From Amphiscolops sp. MND2022 (taxonomy: Eukaryota), in NCBI GenBank assembly GCA_964187785.1, contig OZ076420.1:51088001-51152000 (forward strand): a stretch of 64,000 nucleotides of DNA. The letters run 5' to 3'. Below the pieces are notes generated by a model that saw only the letters and a list, made by a program, of their open reading frames with translations, made no database searches and had not been told where the DNA came from. Of this stretch, positions 12,918-23,262 are shown piece after piece. Numbering within the stretch: the first letter of the stretch is position 1; every line of letters starts with the position of its first letter. The translations under genes were made by a program, and so were the position numbers.

Positions 12918-12990
12918 TGTCGTGAGGAAAACACTACTTCCAGGAAGTTTTTCTCTGATAAGCATCCATCTGAAGCATACATACAACAAT
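12918..12990 (-). repeat. Partial LTR related to 9467-9628 (candidate 5' LTR)
   Basis: TGTCGTGAGGAAAACACTACTTCCAGGAAGTTT versus TGTCGTGGGGAAAACACTACTCGCAGGAAGTTT; diverged, and no TGG PBS follows it. Confidence 0.55.
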
Positions 12991-13464
12991 AAGGTTAACA
13001 AGGACATTTGCTAGTTTTGCGGTCGATGCCGAACAAGGTCAATGTTCAGCTATCAACATTCCGCTTGTATCTTGTGATAGCTTTTCAAGATGGGCCTACG
13101 TCAACTCGAAAGGTTATCACCACAAAATACTAAAATCATGGTTTCTTGCACCTCTGAAATTGTTTTCGATTCTATTCTGTCCTTAGGTGATTAAATCTAG
13201 GTCAGGTAACGTTGTCACTTGGCCTAATTTTTTAAGCTAAGTGTCTCGGGTATTGGTAACTTGGCTTGGGTGGCTGTAAATAAGTCAATTTTTCTTGTCG
13301 AAAGGACAGAGGTCGAACCTTTTGATCGAATTGCAGGGATCGAATGGAATGCGGTCGAATTTGATTGAAGCTTTCGAGTCGAAAACGTTCTTTGTTTGCC
13401 TCAAGTCGATTGACTATCATAAGCCCCTGGTTGCACACGCACAATTTTTTACAGAGATTGTTAT

Positions 13465-13564
13465 TGTAGGGATCTGTGAAGTCGTCGTGAAGACATCGTG
13501 AGTTGAAGAATTTAATGGCGGTATGATAGATTTAAATGAAACTATTCTTGGTTACATAGTGACA
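13465..13564. repeat. Partial solo LTR of the copia family at 1789-1981
   Basis: Shares GGATCTGTGAAGTCGTCGTGAAGAC..GATTTAAATGAAACTATTCTTGGTTACATAGTGAC. Confidence 0.8.
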
Positions 13565-14082
13565 TGTAACAATCACCACTTGCGAACCAAAAATTTTGCT
13601 GAAAAAATCGTTCAACAATGGGACTATACTGAAATTTGCAACTTTAGGTGCCTAAAAAAGCATACGGTGCTTGCGTCCCCCAGCCAAATGTCACAAGTTA
13701 GTCAATTTGTACTGTAATTCATCCGATTGATGTAAAGTATAGCTCGTGAGCAACTATTTTGCAATTCCCTGTACTCTAAAGAATTTCACCTTCGGAATCC
13801 TTTTTTTTCCGTACGTTTTTCAAGGTTGTCTAAGCGGTAGTTTCGAAAAAAAGACGTAATTCACGTTTCTGGCAGCAATTAGAGACTGGACCAGCCGTAT
13901 AACTAGCGTCGAAGTACCATCGTCGACGGACTTATGTCGAAGTAATTGCGTCGGATTCCGGACGTTTCGGCAAAGACGTTTCGGCAAAAACATGGTGGTG
14001 GTCATTTCGGCAAAAAAAGTATGCGGAAATGTCTCAGGCTAATTCGATGATTCGATGATTGCAAATTCGATGCCGAAACGAT

Positions 14083-15908
14083 TCGTATGTTATGTGGAGC
14101 ATATCCGGTGTATGCACGCTCGCCCTCATTGTCGCAAAGACCAGCTCCCACTACGATGCCATCGCGATCTCCGTTCCCGCTAGGTCTTTGCTCCTGTTCG
14201 ACCTCGCGTAGCAATATGAGATCATAGGCGTCCCCAAGGCTCCGCGGGGCACTAGAGGTAATGGGGACATTTCCGAGACACGTTTTATACTTTTCTAGAA
14301 AATTCTATCTGCGGCAATTCGATTTGTTTCCCAAAAATCAAAATTTCGATCGGTGAGGGCGAGCGTGCATACACCGCATTAGCCCCACATTATGATATTT
14401 GCGGGAGTTGACATATAGGGGTGGGAATAACGTCTAAGGAATAACGTCCAAAGGAATAACGTCTAAATTTTACTCATTTTTCAGGAATGGGTGGCTGTAA
14501 ACAGGTTAAATTTTTCTGGTCGAAAGGACAGAGGTCGAAACTTTTGATCGAATTGCAGGGATCGAATGGAATGCGGTTGAATTTTATCGTATTTGTTGTA
14601 TAGCTCGGTCGCTTCGCTCCCTTCGCCAAGTAGCAACATTGAGGCATGACCATATGGCACGTCGCTCCGCTTCGCTTCGCTCCTGCATTCAGGGCACCAG
14701 GGGTATGTGAACATATCTGACTACGTTATAAAAAATTCGATCCGAGTTGTTTCGATCCCATTCAAAAATTTGGCATGTCGACCTGAGGACCAACTCTGAT
14801 TTTCAATCCCGTTCCTTCGACCTGTTTCCGCCCGGTGGGGTATTTTTGGATCGAATTTTTGTGTGATCGAAAAGCGAGATCGAAAATGGATCGAAGGTTT
14901 TGAGATCGAATTTTTCCGTTTTGGCTAGGTTTTTGCTCCTGCAAAGCGTTTAAAATATTTTAGGGAACTTTTCTCCACCTAATATGGGGTCATATACGGT
15001 GTATGCACGCTCGCCCTCACCGTCGCAAAGACCAGCTCCCACTACGATCGCTTCGCGATCTCCGTTCCCGTCGTTTCTCCTGTTCGACCTCGCTTAGCAA
15101 GATGGGAAGAAAAGCGGCCCCAAGGGTCCGCGGGGCACTAGAGGAAATTGGGGCATATCCGACAGCCAAAAACATTGTTATTTAAAAACACTAGGTATTT
15201 GAAAACGTAGATTCGATCTGATTTTCTTTGACAATTTTACTTTGATCCCAATTACAGGCTGCATATTCGCGCAAATTCATTCGATCCAAACGCCCACCGG
15301 CCTTCCGCCCACCCTTCAGGAATATCGTCTGAAAATTTAGACGTTATTCCCGTTTTTTTAGATGTTATTCCCGATTCTAAAATAGTGTTTCTTGTGCTGA
15401 AAAGTTCTTCCTTTGCTCTAGTTTTCTGGAATGAACTATGAAATAATCGAAGGCCACGGAATACGAGCAAAAATCCATGTATCTGATGGGTATTTGTACC
15501 TAAATTGAACAAAAAACGTCCAAATTATCAAGAAAACTATGCAAATACGTTCGAAAAAAGGAATAACGTATAAAATTCAATAAAAAACGCCCAAAATATC
15601 CGAAAGTCATCGAAATACGACTGAGAAACGGGAAAAAAAAACAAATTAATTTGGAAAAAAATAAATCGTTTAAGATCTAAAACTAAAAAGTGATATAAAA
15701 TATGAAACGTGCCTCGAATATGTCCCCATTCCTTCTAGTGCCCCGCGGCCCCTTGGGGCCACTTATGTTCCCATCTTGCTGAGCGAGGTCGAACAGGAGG
15801 GAAGATCTAGCGGGAACGGAGATCGCGAAGCGATCGTAGTGGGAGCTATTCTTTGCGACGGTGAGGGCGAGCGTGCATACACCACATATGCCCCACAATA
15901 TGATATTT
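14083..15908. repeat. Cluster of a ~200-bp GC-rich module, probably the long TIR of a MITE family
   Basis: Copies at about 12190-12382(+), 14083-14290(-), 14352-14395(+, partial), 14985-15165(-) and 15705-15900(+), with core GGTGAGGGCGAGCGTGCATACACC..GCCCCACA. Opposite-strand pairs face each other. Confidence 0.7.
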
Positions 15909-16264
15909 CCCAACTTTAATATTTTATTACATGTATCTAATTGGTATGTTTGTAAATTGAGTCAATATATTGTTGACAATATAAGTCTTTAAGTCAATAA
16001 ATTGATTGTCCGGTCTCTATATAGTGCATTTTGATCTTTCGCTTTAATTGTTGTGATAAACTTATTAAATAGAGAAGTTATTGATTGGATTGATTGTTCA
16101 CCTTCCATTGGACTCAGCTCTGGACAATTGTCACACTCTGGTCTCTGGGACTGTTCTGGTGGTTTTTCGTGCCAATTCGGCCTCTATCAAAAATCGTTAG
16201 TTCGTTCCTTTTTTCTTCTCATTTAGCACATTTAGCACGCTTTCATTATTTCATTACTAATTAC

Positions 16265-16867
16265 ATGGTTGTCATTATTGGCGCTAGTTCATTGTGCCGA
16301 ACTCTTGATTCTATCCCTTACAAAACTAAAAAACTATTTGTTCGCAGCTGCTTTTCGGTACCAGGGCTTAGCTTTAACGATAAAGCCATTAACCGTCATA
16401 AAATTCTTCAAAACCTTCTTACTCGAGGATCTCTTAGTAAAGTTAACAATATTATTATTTGGCACGACGTTATTAACAATTCAATTTCGCCCCATAGAAG
16501 CAACAACTATCAGCCAAGTTCGATTTACCAGCTTATAGAAAATCTCTTGCTGTTCAAGGACAGAATTAAAGCAATAGTTTACTGTCGCCGTCTGGGCACT
16601 GGGAACATCAAAAGGCGGTTGTTCAGTTCACAGATCATCATCATCGACGCTGTTAGAAAATTAATTTCTCATAAGAAAAGCAAAGACAGCACGATCTTGT
16701 CCGACTTGCGACAGGTGCATCCGTCAGCAGCGCTAGAATTCAAGCTCCTATCTGTAGTCTGGAATCACCGTAATCACGTACAGAGGTTCAAACCAGATAA
16801 AAAGATTAGGAAGAAACCGAATCAGAGGATAAGAAGGAAGCTCCGACAACTGAAAGTGTCTCAGTAG
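16265..16867 (+). CDS. SGNH-fold-like ORF0 immediately upstream of LINE ORF1 (200 aa from the ATG at 16265)
   Basis: Open frame with VVIIGASSL, SVPGLSF, IIIWHDVINNS and QVHPS in SGNH block order, and a basic C-terminal tail. It ends about 80 bp before ORF1 on the same strand. Confidence 0.6.
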   Translation: MVVIIGASSLCRTLDSIPYKTKKLFVRSCFSVPGLSFNDKAINRHKILQNLLTRGSLSKVNNIIIWHDVINNSISPHRSNNYQPSSIYQLIENLLLFKDRIKAIVYCRRLGTGNIKRRLFSSQIIIIDAVRKLISHKKSKDSTILSDLRQVHPSAALEFKLLSVVWNHRNHVQRFKPDKKIRKKPNQRIRRKLRQLKVSQ

Positions 16868-16949
16868 GTTAGTGATCTGTTTTTTTTTCTTGGTCTTCGA
16901 AAACCTTAGTTGGTTGGGAGAACTTGAGATTTGGCAGTGATCTGACATA

Positions 16950-18166
16950 ATGGGACCGAAAAACAGGAATCAGTCAGTCTCGGATGACTGTTGCCCTAAA
17001 TGTAAAAGTATTGTTGAGGAAACTGAAAAGAATTCAATATGTTGCAACGGATGTGAGTCATGGTGGCATGGATCTTGTGGGGGCCTTGATGTAAAGGACC
17101 TTCCAATACTTTCAAAATATGCCTCTGTTCATTGGTATTGCTCCAAATGCGAAGACAAGCATCTACAGGGCCGTTCTTCTAACGTCTGGAAATCCTTGAA
17201 TGCCATAAATCAACAACAAAAAAAGAGACTGAATTGCGAAAAACGGAGTTACAAATTATGGAATCCATGAAAAAGGACCTATTAACTATCAAACTCAAGC
17301 TTGACAACCCAACATCAACTCAGCCTCTCGAGAACTATGAGGATAAAGTAAAAACTAATCGTAACGAAACTCAAACGAAATGTACAACTGACATCAGAAG
17401 TGGAACAAGACAAAATCGTGATCCTCGCAACATATTGCTCATCAAGACAAATCAGAAACTCCGGGATAGTATCGAAATCAAAAGAGCGTTCGCTTCCATT
17501 TATCCAAACAAAAAATTACTAAACGCTTTTATTACAGCAATTGGTAGTATACATCTAGAGTTTACAACACCAGAGGAGGCTGACTGTCTTATGCAGGGTT
17601 GGAGGGCTGAATTTTTTGGCGGCGACTCGTCAGCTCGGAGAGCTAGTGACAGGAATGAACAACACAGCGCAATAATACGGGGAGTTCCATTAGAAGTGTC
17701 CGACTCGGACTTGACTTCAGCTCTTACGGATAATTTTCCAGGTGTCAGAATCAGACGCTTCGTCAAAAGCGATGGAAAAACACTGCAAACTGTCAAGCTG
17801 ACGTTTCCCTCAAAAGCACAGTTTGACAAGGCAACAACCGACAGGATTTTCATTGACCATTTGTACTATCAACCAGTCGAATTCATACAGCAAGGAATAC
17901 GAATAATCCGTTGCTACCGATGTCAGAAGTTCGGACACGTCAGTTCCAATTGCCATTCGAAAGTCTCATGCAAACATTGTTCCGGCGAGCACTCTATCGA
18001 CAACTGCAGCGGTAATCAGCCTGCCAGGTGTACCAATTGCAGCGGAAGCCACGAAGCTGATTCTCTTGACTGCCCAACTTATATTAAACAGGTGCAAAGA
18101 GTTCATGAGGCACGAGGTAAACAAGCGCCGACTTTGAGAAACCCTGTGTCGAAAAATGATGGCTAA
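16950..18166 (+). CDS. LINE ORF1: PHD finger plus three CCHC knuckles (one frameshift in an A-run near 17220)
   Basis: CPKC..SICCNGCESWWHGSC..WYCSKC (C4HC3); CYRCQKFGHVSSNC, CKHCSGEHSIDNC, CTNCSGSHEADSLDC. Confidence 0.85.
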
Positions 18167-21100
18167 CCCTGGTTTCACCTTCTTGCAGATAAATATATGC
18201 GGCCTGAGTGATCATAGTAAAATAGCATTGAATCAATACTTACAACAAACCAAAGCTGATATCGTTTTTCTTAATGAAACCAAGACACAAATTAGCGCAA
18301 ATCTATTCGACAATTACACAACAATCAGTTCTATGGTTGGAAATTCTGGGGGCGTCGCAGTTTTATTGAAACATCACATCCCTTACTCAAAACTTAATCA
18401 ACTCGAAGACACCTCTGTTGATAATGTAGTTTTGACTGTTGGGCTGAGCGGAATTAAGTTAATTGTGTCTACTGCATATGTCAGACCCGATGACTTTGAA
18501 GGATTGAGAAGTGCAATAAAATTTATACAGAGTTGCAAAACGTATGTTGACAAAAATTGCCTGAATGGAGCTCTTTTCTTTGGTGATCTCAATGCAAGAC
18601 ATACCTATTGGGGAGACAAATCGTGTAACTTGTTAGGTGAGGAACTAGTTCAAATAGCTGACCACTTCAGCATTCTCAATGATGGTGAGCCTACGTTTCT
18701 GGCAGCAAATGGCTACAGTGTTATCGATCTCTGCATTTGTTATGGGCCTCTGTTTGATAGATGTATACACTCTCTGTCTACGGATGAATTTGCTGAGCTG
18801 TTCACCGGTGCTCCACAGAGGGGTCATGTCCCTGTTATTATGAGATTGGAGCGTAGTAGCACCACTGAGAAAAACCCCAAGAAATTATGGATTGAAAAAG
18901 CTGATTGGGTGGGTTGGACTTCTTTGGTTGAGGGCCGAATAGATGATCTCATGTTTGTTGGGGACGACCCTGTTTTTCTTTGGAACGAGTTCAAGAATCT
19001 GCTGCACGAAGCTTCCCTTAGTCATATACCCCTCAAATGTGTTTCAGATCATAGTAAACCGTTTTGGAACTCTGACTTGACAGACGCAAGCAATGAACTC
19101 CGGTTTTTACGCAAAAAACTCAAATACAAATCATATTTTGAAAATGGACAAAAGCTAAAGGCAGCGAAGGAACGTTTCAAAATTCTACTCAACAAAAGTG
19201 CAACTGAATGGATGGAAAACTACCTGTCATGGCTTGGGCATAAAAGAGGAAGAGAATTTTGGACTTCTTACAAAGCCTTACTCAACAGTAATCATGAAGA
19301 AGTGGGTCTATACGCAGTAAGGAAGGGAGACTCTTATATGCTCCAGAGGAAATTAGCAAAGAATTTGAAACCACTTTCTTCGGAGGAGAACATCTGAAAC
19401 AGCAAATTTTCAACGATGCAACACAACTACAAGTAGAAGTCAAAATAAATCAACCACATGATGGTCCTGAACATGATATTGAATTATTTCATGATGAAAT
19501 AACTTTCGATGAATTGAAGAATGCAATTTTGAAATCAAGTAACACTAAATCTTTCGATATTGATGGTCTTCATTTGACAATGATAAAGAATTTGGGAACT
19601 AAAGCACTCCTTTTTCTGCTGAATCTTTTCAATGCTTGCTGGGAATATCATGTGTGGCCATGGACGGACTCACGAGTCGTATTCATACGCAAGCCAAACA
19701 AAGAGAGATATTGATGAATGCTCTTCATATCGACCACACTCAATCTCCAGTCATATCGGCAAAACGTTGGAAAGAATACTTGCAACCAGAATCAAATCGT
19801 ATCTCGATGTGAATGGACTGTTTGGTGACGAACAGGAGGGTTTCAGATCGAAAAGAAACACCACTCGATCGCTCTACAGACTACATCTCATGCAGGAAAA
19901 TGCCAAACGTTCACGTTTACCGACGGCTCTGCTTAACATTGACCTCGAAAAGGCTTTCGATAGCGTGTGGGTGGACGGCCTTCTCTTTAAACTGTTGGAA
20001 CACAATACTTCTGGCAAAATGTATCAGATAATAAAATCGTTCTTAAAAACCAGAGTCGCTTCAATTGAACTGAACGGATACAAATCGCCGAAGTTCCAGA
20101 TTGACACTGGCGTTCCACAGGGAAGTGTGTTGTCACCATTATTCTTCATCATCTTCCTAAACGACTTCCTCAGTAATCAAACTCAAACTCAAAAGTTCAA
20201 GTTTGCAGACGATAGTTCTCTCATTGCGACTGGCAAGGATCCGTCAGAATTATCGGCCATCCTTCGAAAAACTTGTTCTGACATCGAGAAGTGGTGTGCA
20301 GATTGGAGGATGTTAGTGAACGGAGGAAAAACAGAATTAATCCTTTTCAATTGCGAAGAGAATGACTTCGAACTCCCGTGCCTCAATGGTGATATATGTC
20401 AAGTTAAAAAAAACAACAAAGTCTCTCGGAGTAATTATCGATAGCAAGCTCAACTACCGGGATCATTCTACTAAATCTATCGAGACAGCAAAGCGAAACT
20501 GGAATATAATCAAGTCGTTATGCAATAGAAAATGGAGTCTTGCAGTCCCAACGCTAGTTCTGTTGTACAAAACCACAATCTTACCCTCACTTTCTTATGC
20601 AGCACCAATTTGGCTTGAGAAAAACCTCAAATACGTCACAGCAGTACAGAACAATTTCATAAGGACAGTTTTTAGACACGGATTTTCGCCGAATATCGAT
20701 TCTTGTCAAGTTCTGCTTGGAACGCCGCCTCTTGATCTTCTGAGTACAGCCATCAACGTCAAATTTCTCCTGAAGCTCAAACTAGAAGACGATTTACTAC
20801 ATTGGACCCATGATGCATCTTCTTCTTTTCCGGACAGTGTTGCTAACCTCCTCGATAGTCATGTTACCAGATTCGGAAAGTTTTTGATTATTCATAATTG
20901 TACGAGATACAAACAGCAAGATATCAACCTTTTCATTAACCATCTTTGGAACCTCAGGTGGAAAAATAATGACAACAGGTCATTTCTGAAATGTTACAGC
21001 AGAACCCCACCAACTTGTAACACTATATCGCCCCTTTTCAACATTCAAAGGTATGAAGCCATCAAAATTTGTGAAATGCTGATCGGCAATTCTTTCTCTT

Positions 21101-21315
21101 TAGTCGATTTCGCTTGGAAAAATTGGCAGACGGAATCTCCGATGTGTCATTGTGGCAAAAGTGAAGAGACTACAGAACATTTCTTTCTGGCATGTGGACT
21201 ATACCAAGACATCAGACCTGAAGACATTGACTCACTGAATCTCCTTGACCCTGAAGATTGCAATACCATTGCCAACTACATCTCGCATTCAACGAAGTTA
21301 AAAGGAATCGTATAA
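18156..21315 (+). CDS. LINE ORF2 (APE endonuclease, RT, C-terminal zinc motif), I/Jockey-group-like, about 3 frameshifts
   Basis: LQINICGL, FLNETK, GDLNA, LNDGEPTF, SVIDL; QEGFR, IDLEKAFDSVW, GVPQGSVLSP, KFADD; CHCGKSEETTEHFFLAC. Confidence 0.9.
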
Positions 21316-21424
21316 CTCTCATCATTAAATCCTAACTTAACTTTATCCAACTCTCAATGCTCTCTTTGTACTATTTATATACGATGAACACCCTCCCGCA
21401 AATTGGGGATATTAGAAAATATAT

Positions 21425-21671
21425 CAGAAGAAACTCCCTATCACTTCTTTTTCGAGTGTATCCTGCATAAAAGACCAGACTGTGTTGAAATGAAGGACGT
21501 CTACAATGAGGACGATGTTGAAGACCTGAAGTCATTCATTTATAACACAACAGCCTGGACGGACTGAAACTGTATGGACATAAAATCCAAGTTCTACTAA
21601 ATTGTAAATTAAATTAACTGCTATATGTTTATTGATGAAAGCCTGCCCGCAAATCGGGGCGTATTAGAATT

Positions 21672-21702
<31 letters not shown>
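21425..21702 (+). mobile_element. Second, 5'-truncated LINE 3' end stacked on the first, with (TA)n tail
   Basis: Encodes SEETPYHFFFEC..DLKSFIYNTT, homologous to the ORF2 C-terminus, and repeats the 3' motif CCCGCAAAT(T/C)GGGG..TATTAGAA. Confidence 0.7.
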
Positions 21703-21704
<2 letters not shown>

Positions 21705-22414
21705 TCGCTTTAAGGAAGCCTCTTTCGAAACAGGAATGACGTCTAAAACTTTAGACGCTAGTCTCAAAAAATGATTTATTTTAGACGTTATTCCCGTTTT
21801 GTATTTAGATGTTATTCCTCAGAAGTTCTTCCCGCTGCCACGTTTTTCAGACGTTTTTTGATAGTTTTTTGATATTTTAAACGTATATCAGTTTTAGACG
21901 TTATTCCCGTTTTTTTCAGACGTTATTCCCGTTCATTTCAGATTTAGATGTTATTCCTTTAGACGTTATTCCCGGTGGACTTTTAGACGTTATTCCTTAG
22001 ACGTTATTCCTGTTCCCCGTTGACATATTTATTCCTTGAGTTGGAATGGAGTTGGCTTAATTTTGTGGTCACTTGGCTTAAAATTTTTAAGCCAAATGAC
22101 TCGACGAAAAAATTAAGCCAAATGGTATTGTAACCTACCCTCACTGGATATCGGAAAATGCTTCCCCATAAGCAGTGCATCCGTCCAAAAGGAAAGGTAC
22201 CGTCCAAAAGGAACGGCCAAAAGGAAAGGTACCGTCCAAAAGGAACGGCCAAAAGGAAAGGTTTGATAGTGCCGTTTAGAATGTAATCCTGCCCTTTGGG
22301 ACAATGATTTGGTATAAATAGAGTTGATTTCTTATCATTTATTCATTATTAATTTAACCTTCATTCGAATCAGTCGTCTTTTGTTATTCGACCCCACAAA
22401 TTGGTGACCCCGAC

Positions 22415-23248
22415 GTGATGGAAGATCCGACACAATTGGAAGACTCTACCATTGCTTATAATCACACATCTAACGGAGGTAGCGGTGATCGCACAAACAA
22501 TGCTCAAGTGGGGAGAATAACAATCAAACCTCCAACTTTTTATAGAAGCAACCCGCAAGTCTGGTTCAGACAACTCGAGTCCCAATTTGCACTCGCAAAT
22601 ATCACCAGTTCCCAAACAAAGTTTCACCACGTCATGGGCGCATTACCAGAGGACGTCGCAATCAACCTCCCACTGGACGTTACTTCTTACGAATCTCTAA
22701 AGGAGCAGATAATTGGAATCTATCAAAAAAGTCGACAGGAGTTATTGGAGGAGGCCTTAGGTTCAATTTCCCTTGACGGCCAAAAACCGTCAGTCTGTTT
22801 CCTACGCATAAAACGCAAATTAGAAGATTGCCATTTAACCGTCGATGACCAATTTTTACGCCACAAATTCCTCCAAGCGTTACCCCCAACGACACGTGTT
22901 GCCCTGTCCGCACATCATAATTTGGCCTTGGACGATTTCGCTAAACTTGCAGATACGATATACCAGTATTCAACGTTCGATTACCACGTAGCAGCAGTAA
23001 GACCCGATCCTAAGCCCGAACATGATTCTGTTTCCCCGAACAGAAACTTTCAACACGATCCTAGACAGCAAAAGGGAGGGATGTTTCCTTTCAGTGCGGG
23101 GCAAAAACCAAAAATTTGCCGATTTCACGTCTTCTACGCAAATAATGCCAAGCGGTGTAAACCCTGGTGTAAGTGGCCTGGTCAGAAACCACAGTTGATT
23201 GATGCTTCATCACGACCAGCAACCCCAAACAACCCAGCGTCAAACTAG
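22415..23248 (+). CDS. gag: Gag with CHCC motif
   Basis: [28 protein letters not shown]; C-terminal [12 protein letters not shown] typical of the CsRN1 clade. pol overlaps in the -1 frame at ...TCAAACTAG. Confidence 0.9.
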   Translation: MMEDPTQLEDSTIAYNHTSNGGSGDRTNNAQVGRITIKPPTFYRSNPQVWFRQLESQFALANITSSQTKFHHVMGALPEDVAINLPLDVTSYESLKEQIIGIYQKSRQELLEEALGSISLDGQKPSVCFLRIKRKLEDCHLTVDDQFLRHKFLQALPPTTRVALSAHHNLALDDFAKLADTIYQYSTFDYHVAAVRPDPKPEHDSVSPNRNFQHDPRQQKGGMFPFSAGQKPKICRFHVFYANNAKRCKPWCKWPGQKPQLIDASSRPATPNNPASN

Positions 23249-23262
23249 GAACCCCTAGCGTA

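Larger units (their letters stand above)
14417..22018. mobile_element. 7.6-kb foldback/MULE-like composite with nested LINE
   Basis: TIRs built from GGAATAACGTCTAA repeats (about 14418-14470 versus 21700-22018); 10-bp TSD GTTGACATAT at 14407-14416 and 22019-22028. Confidence 0.75.

Noticed and set aside
14229-14260. Helitron 3' end (GC hairpin plus CTAG) in the 200-bp module
   Set aside because: Similarity among the four copies continues well past CTAG, so it is not a terminus.
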